64,000 nucleotides of DNA. Source: Eledone cirrhosa. Its lineage: Eukaryota. The notes below the pieces were generated by a model. That model had not been told where the DNA came from and did not search any database. It saw only the letters and a list, made by a program, of their open reading frames with translations. Every line of letters starts with the position of its first letter. Positions within the stretch are counted from its first letter, which is position 1. Of this stretch, positions 1 to 12,900 are shown in pieces. Made by a program: the position numbers and the translations under genes. The stretch covers positions 335,978,001-336,042,000 of the forward strand of contig OZ024743.1 of assembly GCA_964016885.1 (NCBI GenBank), given 5' to 3'.

Positions 1-96
1 CCAGTAACATAACGGGGTCGATTTAATTGACTTCTCTCTCATTTCCAAATGGTCCAATGCATAAATTGGTTTCTGTTATTCTTCTCTACATTATTT

Positions 97-303
97 AGTG
101 GGTTAGCAGTATCGCTAAAGCGTGGGACACCATGCTTCGTGGCTCTTTACGTTCTGATTTCAAAACTCGTCAAGGTTAGCTTTGCGTTTCATCCTTACGG
201 GGGTCGATAAAATAAAGTACCAGTTTAGCACTTGGGTTGATTTAATTGAATCCCCCCACCTCCGCAAAAAAATGTTTGTCCTTGTGCCTAAACCAAAAAC
301 CAT
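97..303 (+). mobile_element. tRNA-derived SINE (family 1, Nin-domain-like core)
   Basis: Core TTTGC(C/G)TTTCATCCTTACGGGGTCGATAAAATAAAGTACCAG and 3' CCTTGTGCC motif, repeated many times in the window. Confidence 0.75.
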
Positions 304-388
304 TCTTCTTCTTCTTCTTCTTCTTCTTCTTCTTCTTCTTCTTCTTCTTCTTCTTCTTCTTCTTCTTCTTCTTCTTCTTCTTCTTCTT
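304..388. repeat. (TTC)n microsatellite, probably the (GAA)n tail of the adjacent minus-strand RTE fragment
   Basis: Pure TTC run abutting the 3' end of the LINE fragment. Confidence 0.95.
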
Positions 389-505
389 CCTGAGAGGGTC
401 GTGGGGGCAAATTCCTCAAACACCCCTTCCAGCGGGTCCTGTCACAAGCAACCTTGTCCAACTGTTGCGGCTGGATCCCCAAGCAAGACCAGCCAAGCTC
501 ATAGA
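389..505 (-). mobile_element. 3' fragment of RTE-clade (Rex3/Expander-like) LINE
   Basis: Minus strand reads GIQPQQLDKVACDRTRWKGCLRNLPPRPSQE, resembling the LPPRP C-terminus of Rex3/Expander-type RTE; a similar end is at 39245-39360. Confidence 0.6.
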
Positions 506-1011
506 TGTTGAAAAAAAAATAGTATTTTCTTTAATTATCTGTCCTTATGTCATGTCTCATGAGAGAATGTAACACAGACATACGGAAGAGCTCAGTATTA
601 TTGTCGAATAGTTTCGAGTGATGTAAGTTTTTAACCTACGAATAAACAAGTCATTATTTTCAGCTCATATAATGTTTTTGAATTAATACTTTTGGCTGGA
701 TTTACAAATAAAATCCTATGAATATAGCGTGCCAATTTTGAATCATTACATACATTGCTTTAACTAGCTTTCCGTTTCTAATAAAACAACATCCTCTTGT
801 GCTATTGATGCTTATTACTTTTAACTAAATTCAAGAATTTAGTGCAATTATGTTCAAGATTTAGCTGCATATAATTGAGTTAGTCGAGGTCATTACTTTA
901 ATAATACATTATTCACTAAATCACGCTGAATTTTCGCTCTTTGGCAGCGATGATAAGTGGTGGCCGTCAAATTTAACATAGATGGTACTAAATCATCAAA
1001 GGATATGTCAT

Positions 1012-1103
1012 TCACTTGTACAGATCGTTTTGAAGAATTTTATTAACACGATGTACTCTAAATGCTCTTAAGAACCTTTCAGTGTTATTCAAGTCTGATG
1101 CTG
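1012..1103 (-). CDS. candidate terminal coding exon of an unidentified host gene
   Basis: ccttttag|cag acceptor followed by open frame ASDLNNTERFLRAFRVHRVNKILQNDLYK-stop in non-repetitive DNA; no recognisable homology. Confidence 0.25.
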
Positions 1104-1347
1104 CTAAAAGGTTAATACATGACAGTTTTTATCTGTGGAGTAATAAAATGTGAAGCCAAGTAAATACAAGCCGAGTATAAATAAGGAAAGAGCCGTCGTC
1201 TATTTATTCAATCAATCTCATAGCTTCAGCAGAGTTGTCTTGGCAAACGTTCTTGGCAGACAATCAAAAAACACGCTTCTGATGTATAACGTCTAGGACA
1301 ATGGCTTTGATATTTGCTGAATAATATTTAAAAGTGTGTATAAACAA

Positions 1348-1442
1348 ATACATACATACATACATACGTACGTACATACATACGTACGTACGTACATACA
1401 TACATACATACATACATACATACATACATACATACATACATA
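1348..1442. repeat. (TACA)n microsatellite, left edge of target tract 1
   Basis: Direct reading; includes TACG variants. Confidence 0.95.
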
Positions 1443-2769
1443 ACCAAGAAGAGTAAAGAAAATGTGATCATCAGAACTGTCAGCGTACAACAAATACATT
1501 GCCCAACATACATATGCTGTGCGAATTCTAACGCCAACATTTGGCCTGCTGAACTGGTCATTGCAAGAACTAAGTGAGATGGATGTTAGAACTCGAAAAC
1601 TTCTCAGTGTTACTGGGAACTTTAACATCAATGGTGATGTGGATAGGCTATACTTCTCACGCAAGCAAGGTGGCCGGGGTCTAAAATCAATATTAACAAC
1701 ATATGAGACCCGGATAGTAACACTGAAGCAACACCTTTAACAGAGGAAAAAGGTTGACAACCACCTTGCCCAGGTTTATGAGCATGAAAAAAACAAATCA
1801 TTAGAATAGCGACTGATCTGGAGGAGAGATATGGAATAAAGCCTGATATAAATCTCTCACCCAGAAAAATCGGAAGATCCTATTCAATTTTCAAACAAGA
1901 TAAAAAAATTGACCAATTTACGAAAAAGTTGTGCATGGATACTTGAGACGTAAAACACAGACCATAGAGGGGATAAACCACTCAAAAAGCCTGGCATGGA
2001 GTTCCGACAAGTTTATGACATCACACCTTGAGGGATATCTCTATGCAATACAGGAACAAGAACTGCCTACCAAATATCTGCTGCACAAAAGAGGAGGGCC
2101 AGCAGCTGACAATAAATGTAGGCTATGTAAAACAAAGATCGAGGATGTAAGCCACATTGTTGCCAGCTGCGAAAGAATGTCATCTCGCTACTACCTCCCC
2201 ATGAGACACGATGGGATAGCTAGAACCATCTGGAACGCACTTAGGAAAACAAAATTAACAACAAACGAGGAAGAATATATTGAGACAGATGGCACTAAGG
2301 AATACTGGTGGAACCTGAAAATAAAAACTGCCACCAAATTAAAGCACAACCGGCCTGACATTGTTGTTTGGGACCACACATTGAAAACGTGTTCTGTTGT
2401 GGAGATCAGCTGCCCACTTGATGTAAACGTTGTCAGAAAAATACAGGAGAAGGAGGACATCTACGGACCATTGATGAGGAGTTTACAAAACCAGTATCCA
2501 AGATACACCTTTAGTTTATACCCATCATTATTGGAGCTACGGGTTATATACCAACCTGCAGGACCAAAGTATGACTGAACTTGGATTTGCGAACAGAAAA
2601 CGCAGCTCCCTAATTCATAGTCTACAAATGGCTGCGATAGCTGGCACCTTCAAAATTTGCAAAACATTCTTGCGATTCAAGGGATGACAATTTCTTTTCT
2701 TTTACAACCTTGCCACCAGGAAGGTGGCCGGTCAAAAAAAATATACTCGAAATTAAGAGAAAGAGATAA
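1443..2769 (+). mobile_element. 5'-truncated R4/Dong-clade RLE non-LTR retrotransposon, family A copy 1
   Basis: Nearly identical to ~6502-7830. Encodes CCHC knuckle CRLC..H..C, RHD and HNRPDIVVWD..VEISCP restriction-like endonuclease, with stops and frameshifts; (TACA)n on both sides. Confidence 0.92.
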
Positions 2770-2840
2770 CATACATACATACATACATACATACATACAT
2801 ACATACATACATACATACATACATACATACATACATACAT
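2770..2840. repeat. (CATA)n microsatellite
   Basis: Pure run between family A copy 1 and the RTE-derived element. Confidence 0.95.
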
Positions 2841-3431
2841 GGAGGCTGCCAACTCGTTTTCGAGTACGGCCACTACTTTATATCCATGTAGGAGAACCCC
2901 TACCGATGCACTGAACGAGTGTGACTTTTTAGTCCAGCCAGCGACTTGAAAACTCTGGTACAAACACTACACTTCAGACGATTATTGACACATAGTGCTG
3001 GGCCCATGGTACCATGTGACGACAAGTGCAGAGAGATCTCCAGATATAAAGCAATGCCTGAGCCGTGGAGCTTTTATAGTGAGCAAAGCCACTGCACAAA
3101 GCCAGTCCCACTCTCTTAACCAAGATGATATTTACCAAAAAGAAGAACAAGTCAACATCATTGGATACCATCAGGGTTGCAGGTGTTATATCAGAGTTTT
3201 CCTTCTCCTAGAATTCTGCCTTGACAAAGGCTAAGCAGTCATCTCTCCCGGTGAATTTGGATGGCCATTGACTCTTAAGAGCTCCTTTGCCCTTTGACAG
3301 GTTTTGTTTTTAGTCCTGCAGGATGTCCAAAGTCACCCTCCTCACCAAGAAACCTTGGTGGGGTTGCCAGTTTAGTCGCCAACCACCCGACCATGGGACA
3401 GGTTGTACTGGAATACATGTTACCAGTAGCA
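2841..3431 (-). mobile_element. non-autonomous bipartite RTE-derived element (RTE 5' UTR joined to RTE 3' end)
   Basis: Minus strand has CTAGGAGAAGGAAAACTCTGA (RTE 5'-UTR-like), then RLKCSVCTRVFKSLAGLKSHTRSVHR-stop (C-terminal C2H2 finger of RTE/BovB-type ORFs), a CTCG-AAAA-CGAG 3' hairpin and a (TATG)n tail. Confidence 0.7.
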
Positions 3432-3560
3432 CATACATACATACGTACATACGTACGTACGTACACACATACATACATACGTACGTACGTACACACATAC
3501 ATACATAAATACATAATACATACATACATACATACATACATACATACATACATACATACA

Positions 3561-3593
<33 letters not shown>

Positions 3594-3616
3594 GTATGTG
3601 TGTACATACATACATA
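3432..3616. repeat. (CATA)n/(CGTA)n microsatellite between two element 5' ends
   Basis: Direct reading. Confidence 0.95.
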
Positions 3617-6600
3617 TAATGGCGACCGTTGTGGTCAGTGTCCGATAATCGGACGTGTGTAATTACGGCTTACATGAAGGCAACACACCATATATTGGAA
3701 AAGGTTGAGCTACATTACGCGGTAAGATTACATACAATAATTCTACATAAGTGTTTGAACTATAAGTGTGTTGTAAACCACCTATTTATATGAACGATAC
3801 ATACACTTATGATATATGAACAATACATACACTTTAACATATAAATGCAACGTTGTTATATTACATTTATAAAGAAATATACAAGTAACATTTTCGATTC
3901 AGAAACAAAAACATAAGTGTTTGAACTGTGAATATGTTGTGAATAAGTTGTAGAACACCTATGAATGATACATAAACTTTAACATATAAATACAGCGTTG
4001 TTATATTATATTACATTCATAAAGAAATATACTAAGTAACGGTTCTTTTTGTTCTCGATTCAAACGATTCAAGAACAACGTTTAAAACACAGTTGTAGAA
4101 TTAAAAACTAACTGAAAAGAAATATTACCCAAGCTGTGAATAACTTTAAATTTGGTTTTGACAGAACTTTGTCGAAACTTTTAAAGAAGATCATCGACTA
4201 TTTTGAAAAATAAATACGAAATATTAGTGAATAGACGAACACATCATGGCAAAAAGTATTAGTCTCCTTCGACCAAATCGCAACTACAACCGTTGTATAC
4301 AGTGGAGCTACGAGCTTAACAAAGTATTATATGAAGCATACAAACAATCTGAACCCCAAAAGTTCGGTTTTATGCAAAGGCTAAAAACTTTACGGAACTC
4401 CAAACACCCAGAATTAGACTTTTCTCCAAAGCATTTAAATGAACAGGCAAAACGTATCATTATATGTAAATTGATACATCTAACGGAATTGAGTGATACT
4501 ACAAATACATCCCTTGTAGACAACCACCCCACCTCCACTGACAGACAAAGAGAATGGCCAGCTAAATCTAACAGTGAACAGCTCACCAACAATTTTGCTG
4601 AAATCCATCCCACTTCCACTGAAGTACTGCGAGAAAGGTCAGCTAACTCTAGTAGTAATTGTCACCACATCAACAACGAGGCTGAAAATAATGACTCTAC
4701 TGTACAAGCAGAACACCAAAAACTTGTGGACACCTTACAAGTGATATGGAACGATATGTTTCAAGAGATACACAGCCTTAATGTGAGTGACAGACCATAC
4801 AACACCAGAATCAGTAAAGAACCCACTAAATTGGAATTGGAAGCGGTGAACGAAAAAGCTGGCAATTATCTGAAGGCTATACGATCTAAAGGTGTAGAAA
4901 CGACATTTGAAACGCTTAATGTTTTGTTATATGTTTCAGCTGTCACATTGCTATCATATAACACACATCTAAAACCACGCAATCAAGATACAAACAGAAA
5001 GCCTGAACCAGCGTGGATGCGAAATTTAAAAAGCAAACTTTTGTCCCTGAGACGAAGTATCTCACACATCGCAGTCGTTATGAAATGCAACATAGAGAGC
5101 AACTTCACACGACACCAGGAAGACCTAAAGAAAAAGTTAGAGAGACCTTTTGGAGATACAAAATTTAAAACTTTGAACTCCAAATTACACCAGTTCAAAC
5201 AACAACTCACAGCTACAACAGAAAGACTAAAATATAAGTCAACAGCACATAAACGACAAGTGCTAAATAGATTGTTTGCCAGAGATCCTAAATCAGTTTA
5301 TCGCAGCTTCGGTGGCAAAAGCTCAATCCCTGTAAACGACAACCCTTCAAAAGAACAGGTTGAGAGCTACTAGAGATCTGTATGGGAAACGGATGACGGA
5401 TTCAACAGACAAACTAATTGGCTAAAAGAACTGAAACAGGACTACTGCCAACATGTCCAGACAAAACAATATGACATAGATGGGTCAATACTGGAAACAG
5501 CTCTACAGAAAATGTCAAATAGGAAATCGCCAGGCCCAGACCTCATTACAGGATACTGGTTGAAGAATTTCACTTTCTATCGGCAAGATCTCATACGGCT
5601 GTTTACAGAAACCATTAAAGGCACACAAGAACTGCCCAGATGGTTATCAACTGCCACTACTCTCCTCATTCCCAAAAATAGCCAAACCACCCTTGCTAAA
5701 AATTACCGGCCAATATCCTGCCAAACATCATGTATAAATTATATACTGGGTGCCTTAACCTGTTCTTACAGGATCACTGTGCTACCAAGAACATCATAAC
5801 ACCTAAGCAAGCTGGTGGAAAGAGGGAGGTGTGGGGTTGCATAGATCACCTACTAACTAACAAAATGATTCAGGAAAAAACAACAAACAATCGCAGAAAC
5901 ATGACTGTGGTGTGGCTGGACTATCAAAAAGCATTTGATAGTGTATCTCATGGGTGGATTTTTAAGGCTTTACAGTTAGCTAAAGTCCCACAACCATGGG
6001 TAGCTGCTGTTGAACGCCTGACCAAGAACTGGTACACTAATTTGATCCTTAGAGGTGAGAAGGAGCAAGTTAAGACTGATAAGATACATTACCAGAAGGG
6101 CATTTTCAGGGTGATAGCTTGTCAGTGCTACTCTTCGTTCTCTCACTGAATCCACTATCTTACCTACTCAGGAAACAAAGTGGACAAAGAAGTGGGCCCA
6201 GAAGTATCTCCCATCTTTTCTTTGTTAATGACCTGAAGTTGTATGGGCCAAATATCAATGACATCAAGAAACAATTGGACCTCATTACACAATTTTCAAC
6301 CGACATCAAAATTAAATTCTGTGAGTCCAAGTGTGCATATTTGGCAGTAAAACGTGGAAGAGCTGTGCCCTCCTCTAAACATCTAGAGATGAACGGCCTG
6401 ACAATACAACCTCTACAGTCAGGTGACAACTACAGATATCTTCGACAGGATGAGAATGTCAAATATGATGGACCATAAATAAGGAGAGAACCACAACTGA
6501 ATACCTCAGAAGAGTGAAGAAAATATGGTCATCAGAACTGTCAGCGTACAACAAATACATTGCCCACAATACTTATGCTGTGCCAATTCTAACGCCAACA

Positions 6601-7830
6601 TTTGGCCTGCTGAACTGGTCATTGCAAGAACTAAGTGAGATAGATGTTAGAACTCGAAAACTTCTCAGTGTTACTGGGAACATTAACATCAATGGTGATG
6701 TGGATAGGCTATACTTCTCACGCAAGCAAGGTGGCCGGGGTATAAAATCAATATTAACAACATATGAGACCCGGATAGTAGCACTGAAGCAACACCTTCA
6801 ACAGAGGAAAAAGGTTGGCAACCACCTTGCCCAGGTTTATGAGCATGAAAAAAAAAATATCATTAGAATAGCGACTGATCTGGAGGAGAGATATGGAATA
6901 AAGCCTGATATAAATCTCTCACCCAGAAAAGTCGGAAGATCCTATTCAATGTTCAAACAAGATAAAAAAATTGACCAATTTACAGAAAAAGTTGTGCATG
7001 GATACTTGAGGCGTAAAACACAGACCATAGAGGAGATAAACCACTCAAAAAGCCTGGCATGGAGTTCCGACAAGTTTATGACATCACACCTTGAGGGATA
7101 TCTCTATGCAATACAGGAACAAGAACTACCTACCAAATATCTGCTGCACAAAAGAGGAGGGCCAGCAGCTGACAATAAATGTAGGCTATGTAAAACAAAG
7201 ATCGAGGATGTAAGCCACATTGTTGCCAGCTGCGAAAGAATGTCATCTCGCTACTACCTCCCTATGAGACACGATGGGATAGCTAGAACCATCTGGAACG
7301 CACTTAGGAAAACAAAATTAACAACAAACGAGGAAGAATATATTGAGACAGATGGCACTAAGGAATACTGGTGGAACCTGAAAATAAAAACTGCCACCAA
7401 ATTAAAGCACAACCGGCCTGACATTGTTGTTTGGGACCACACATTGAAAACGTGTTCTGTTGTGGAGATCAGCCAGCCACTTGATGTAAACGTTGTCAGA
7501 AAAATACAGAAGGAGGTCATCTACGGACCATTGATGAGGAGTTTACAAATCCAGTATCCAAGATACACCTTTAGCTTCATACCCATCATTATTGGAGCTA
7601 CGGGTTATATACCAACCTGCAGGACCAAAGTATGACTGAACTTGGATTTGCAAACAGAAAACGCAGCTCCCTAATTCATAGTCTACAAATGGCTGCGATA
7701 GCTGGCACCTTCAAAATTTGCAAAACATTCTTGCGATTCAAGGGATGACAATTTCTTTTCATTTACAACCTTGCCACCAGGAAGGTGGCCGGTCAAAAAA
7801 AATATATTCGAAATTAAGAGAAAGAGATAA
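3617..7830 (+). mobile_element. full-length R4/Dong-clade RLE non-LTR retrotransposon, family A copy 2
   Basis: ~630-bp 5' UTR, single disrupted ORF, ~80-bp 3' UTR ending GAGAAAGAGATAA then (CATA)n; flanked by (CATA)n on both sides. Confidence 0.93.
4246..7748 (+). pseudogene. disrupted RT + CCHC + RLE ORF of family A
   Basis: R4-type N-terminal WSYELN..Y..SEP..GFMQRL; RT motifs KSPGPD, NYRPI, WLDYQKAFDSV, HLFFVNDLKLY (DD mutated); CRLC..HIVASC; RPD..E; ends KICKTFLRFKG-stop; several stops and frameshifts. Confidence 0.92.
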
Positions 7831-7895
7831 CATACATACATACATACATACATACATACATACATACATACATACATACATAATACATACATACA
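7831..7895. repeat. (CATA)n, right edge of target tract 1
   Basis: Direct reading. Confidence 0.95.
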
Positions 7896-8052
7896 CGCGT
7901 ATGTGTATAAATTTTCTTCAGTAAAGTAGTGAATAATGAACATTTGAGCATTCTTCAGATAGGATCAATGTGTGACGTTACAGTTGTTGCTCTTATCTTC
8001 TTTAAAGACGAATTTTGTAAATTAGCTAGTAGCTTTTCTTATTATTATTATT

Positions 8053-9932
8053 CACTCTACTGAATGTGAAGGCAAAACTAAAAAGCTACCATCACAACCT
8101 TCTGCCATAGCAGCAGTATCATCTGAAAACGACATCATCACCACCGCCACCACCACCACCACCACCACCACAACAACAACAACAACAACTCAGAGCAATA
8201 ACGACAATAACACCGACAGCTTCAATGTAAACAAGGATGGCGGTGGCAACAGCAAGAATGACAACAACAACAATAAGAGCATCAGAAACACCACATTTGC
8301 TGCAGCAGCAGCAAAAACAAAGCGCTTATTGAATATTGATATTGATATTAGCGATAAAGAAAAACAGTTGGCCAAAGCGTGGAGGCTAATTATACGAGAG
8401 AAGTCCTGGGCAAACCTGACCATCCCGGACGAGGCAATAGCGGCCATGCAAAGGAGGACGGTGCTCTTTCGATGTATTTCGGTGCAGACACGAAAAGTGA
8501 AACTTGCGAGCCAAGCAGAGGTAGAGGCTGCTTTGAAGTACATCGGAAGTAAATAGAGTACAAAGCAAGAGGCAAACAGTTCGGTACCATCTCGGTACTG
8601 TTCAAAACCGAGGCCCTCGCTATTAAGCACTCGGTGACCCCTGCAGAACGGAACGCATTATCATGCATCCGTCCTATATGGGTAAAAGGACAGTGATGGT
8701 ACGCATTCCCAGCATCCCACCAGGAATGAACATATGGTGGCTGCTGGGATGCGTAATCAAGGAGGGGACAGACACCACCCACCTGGACATCAGAAGGACA
8801 GAGAGAGAGGACTGGTCCGGGATGGAATTGGAGATTCTTCTCCAAATGAAACCGGAGGATATGAATAACATCCCAGATTTTGCCCGCCTGCAGGACGGGA
8901 CAACAATCCAACTAATGATTGACGGAAGAAGGCCACGCTGCTTCGTTTGCGGGGAAGCAACGCATCTTCAAGCCTTATGCCCTCAGCGCAAAAATGCAGG
9001 GGGTCGCAAACCTCCTTTGTTGCCAACGCCAGTGTCACCACGGAAAGCTGCACCACCACCACCACCAAAAACAACATCAACAAAAACACGGACACCAACA
9101 TCAAAAGTAGCCGGATCACCACCAACACCAAAACCAATCCAAGGAGAAAACGAGGAAAGCTCACCCACTCCCCCTACCCCCCCCCCCCCCAATTATACAC
9201 ATAGACAAAAAAAAATAAACGCACACACAGACACAGAGACACTCACAGACACAGACCCTTTGTCTTCCAGCAGCGAAGATGAAGGAAAACCCAAAAGTGC
9301 AAAAAAACAGAGAAAACTCACAAAAAAAGCCCCAACAAAACACAAAAACACACACAACAAAAAATACAGACACCACTAATGCAAACACTTCCCCAATAAC
9401 ATTAACACCATCAGCAACATCGACACCACCTCCACAATCCCTGAAACGCAAACAACCTAAACAAACACAAGTACAAATAAACACACAAATACCTGAAATT
9501 GCAGACACCACACCTACAACAAACATAGACATACCCGAAACAACACCACCAAAATCATCGCCACCACCTTCACCAAAACGAAAACAAATAAAACCACACC
9601 AACAAAATGTTAAAAACTTCGTGCTTGTCAGAAGGGCCAACGATAAACTGATGGCCCTCTTAGCGCGAAGCGAGGACATTCAAACAGAGTGGGAGATTTT
9701 TGAAATGAGCACATTTTGCGTGCCAGAAGATTTGCTTCTGGTCCGAATGTCACTCAATTCCTTCAAAGAAATTCGAGAGAGCTTTCCTCAAGACGTGGGA
9801 AACCCGAATGTGAAACCCACATCAAGACTTTTAAAGGGGTTCCCAAAAGAAACCCCACCAACCATGGAGGTCGAACCACCCGACCTTCACAAGACCCGGG
9901 AGGTAAGTAAACCTTCCCTCTCTCTCTCTTAG
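8053..9932 (+). pseudogene. B1 ORF1 (gag-like, frameshifted)
   Basis: GRRPRCFVCGEATHLQALC (CX2CX4HX4C) and a Pro/Thr-rich tail; pieces 8329-8556, 8663-9379 and 9279-9932; homologous to B2 ORF1. Confidence 0.85.
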
Positions 9933-9941
9933 CTTACCAAT

Positions 9942-12900
9942 ATGGCCATATTAAGAGTAGGAAGATTAATTGTTCGCGGCCTGGGGTCAACCTGGAAGCA
10001 GGGTCGCCTGCTCAACGACCTCCGATGGAAATGGATGTGATTGCCGTAAGCGAGACCAACATTTCCGACACGCGCGCACTAGCCCCCATTTTTTTACGAC
10101 TATCAGATCTTCGCATCTGTTAGCAGGCCGGGAATGGGGGGTGGGGTGGCAGTGCTGTTTAGGAAAGGACTGGATCTCGAGGTAAGGTCGATCTTCCGGG
10201 ACCCGGACGGTAAGTTGGTGGTCTTGGATGTGAGCAGTAGCGAAGGTGGTGCCTTTAGACTGCTGGCCGTCTACGCCCCTACAGGAGCGGGACGACCTGA
10301 CTTCTTTAGGCGCGTGGAGACCTTTCTGGGTACGTCTCGCCCTTTACTGTTAGCGGTGGACTGGAATGGCATCTTAGACGCACGCTGGGATTGTGTGGGA
10401 GTAGCCGATAGGAGCGGGGGGTGCAAAAGCCTCAAGCACCTACTCAGCCAGTTCCAACTGTCTGACAGGTATCGACTAGATTTCCCCAATGTGCCAGTAT
10501 GGACATGGACTAACCGAATGGGGTCATCTAGATCGTATATAGACAGAATCTTCATTAGGAAAATAGATAGAAATAGTGTGGGCTGTCCACTTTTTAAAAC
10601 GGTCGCCTATTCAGATCACAAATTTGTGATCTGTACGGTCGACCTAAATAAAACGCGTAGGTTAGCACCGGGTTACTAGAAGCTGAACATGTCATTTCCG
10701 GCACGTAAGGCTTACAGGGACCGAGTCAACAAGTTAGTTAAGCAAAAGTTGTCAGGGGGGATCATCAACAACAGACGGTGGGGGTTCTCAAAAGAGAGAT
10801 TAGAGTAACTTCGATAGAGTTCAGCAAAGAACTAGCGTTAGAGAAAAATAGAAAGGAGGGGGAGCTGGTAGATAAGTTAGACGAGGCTATTTGTAGTGGC
10901 ATCGCAACTGACATGCTAGCGGCGAGAATGGCATTAGACCATTTCTTCAATGCCAAACACGAAGGTTGCATTGTCAGAGCTAAGGCGCGTGCGCTGAGAA
11001 ACGAGGGAACTAAAGCTGTTCGATGGGCCCGCGTGGCGGAGGCGCAGCGTGGTAATAAAACCACAATTCGGTCTTTGGCGGACCGAGACGGACACGAGAT
11101 AAGCGATTCCAAGCGGATGTGTGAGGCCTTTCGCCAGCACTTTGCTCGGTTGTTCAGGGAGAGTGGCGAGTCAGAGAGAGTAGCGGATTTCAGTCCTTAC
11201 CTTGACGGCTTGCCGCGCATCTCGACGGTCGACGCTGAGCGCTGCGAAAGGCCGATTACTTCAGCCGAAATTCAGGACGCCCTTGTCGGCTGCATGAGGC
11301 GCAAGTCACCCGGTTTGGATGGCCTGCCCTACGAGCTTTACGTAAATATGCCAGACTTGTTCTCCGAACTCCTCGAAGCACTCTACTGTAACTGGCAGCA
11401 GAATGGGACTATTCCCAGTTCTGTGAGCAGGGGAGTGGTGACGCTGATAAGGAAAGACGAGAACAAGAGGGATACATTAGACAACTTCAGGCCCATAACT
11501 GCTAAACACAGAGTTTAAGATTTTGGCCAAGGTGTTAGCAAAGAGATTGGCGCTTGTCGTCGAGGATTTGGTTGGGGAGGCGCAAACTTGCGCAATCCCA
11601 GCCAGGTCCGTACACGACAATCTCCACCTCATGCGATACATCATAGAGAGGGTAGCGTGTAAACCTGGCTTCGGTGGGGCACTGATCAATTGAGATCAAT
11701 CGAAAGCATTCGATAGGGTCGACCATCGGTATCTGGAGTTTGTCCTCAAAGCAGCTGGCTTCGGCCCTGTCTTTAAAAGCTGGATCGTTGCAATGCACAG
11801 CGGCACACACTCGGTGGTCAAGGTTAATGGCCACCTCTCGGAACCATTTCGGCTCTCCCGATTGGTCCGTCAAGGGTGCCTTCTCTCTTCCCTTCTGTAC
11901 GTATTGACTCTCGAGCCTTTAATGCGGAAGCTGGAGCTGTTGCAGGGCATCCCGCTCGAACCGGGACGTGGAAAGGCGGTGTCGGCTTATGCGGACGGCA
12001 TCACCGTGATGGTGTCGAACACCTCAGAAATCGAGGTGGTCGGCACCTTATTGAAGGAATATGAAAGGTTGACAGGAGCCAAACTTAACCCGGAAAAGTC
12101 GGTGGGCTTGCAGCTCGGAACCTGGAGAGGCAAGCCCATGCCGTCCAACAACGTCGTGGGGCGCTGGACGGACGGACCAGTAAAGTTGCTCGGGGTTTGG
12201 TTCGGACCAGACCTCCAGGTGGAAAAGAATTGGGACGAGGTAACGAGCAGAGTAGCCAGTCTCTCCCAAAAATGGGCTGGGAGGAAGCTATCACTGAAAG
12301 GTCGCGCGGAGGTGGCGAATGCGTACATCGCGTCCGTCATCTACTACCGCCTAACCGTCGTGCCTTGCCCCCGTCCGCGCCTCGTCAAGTTGGAACGGCT
12401 CCTCTTCAAATTCTTGTGGATGGGACAAGTTCCGTTGGTGAGGCGGTCCATCTGCTGCCAGCACCCTCTACGCGGAGGGCTGGGCATGCCGTGGCTAATG
12501 ATGCACAGACATGCATTGAGGCTGCGACATCTCCAGATATTCTGCCTCAATGGTGAACAGGTGTGGTCGCCGTTTATCAGACGGGCCTTTCCGCAGCTCA
12601 TTTCTTTGACTGAGCTGCAGTCCTGGGTCAAGAAGAGACCGAGACTTGGTGACTGGCACCTGGAATGTTGCCAGGCACTCACTGCCCTCTACCAAGCGGG
12701 CAATGCGATCAGTGGAACTTACACTCTCGAGTTCTATAGAGGATTAGTGGTGGGCAAGTGCGATGACGCACTCGGAGAAGCTTTGGGCCTCGACGAAGTC
12801 GAACTGACCAGTCTGTACCGGAGGACTTTTGAGCCGGGTACGATGGACAATTTCCAGAAATCCCTCGCTTGGTAGTGCTACCCGGGGGCACTGCCGGTTC

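Noticed and set aside
160-572. Poly-R/L/F/E ORFs, and similar MYVC, YIYI, LSLS and poly-I ORFs throughout the track
   Set aside because: These are translations of (TTC)n, (TACA)n, (TA)n, (CT)n and (ATT)n microsatellites, which lack stops in some frames.
3330-3431. HDV-like or twister ribozyme at the 5' end of the RTE-derived element
   Set aside because: GG-P4-CTAA-P2-like pieces and a GGAGGG are present, but I could not build P3/L3 or the twister GUCCCAAGCCC core; this needs a covariance-model search.
9903-9932. 30-nt mini-intron fusing B1 ORF1 to ORF2
   Set aside because: It is too short for typical spliceosomal introns, and B2 has no AG at the equivalent position.
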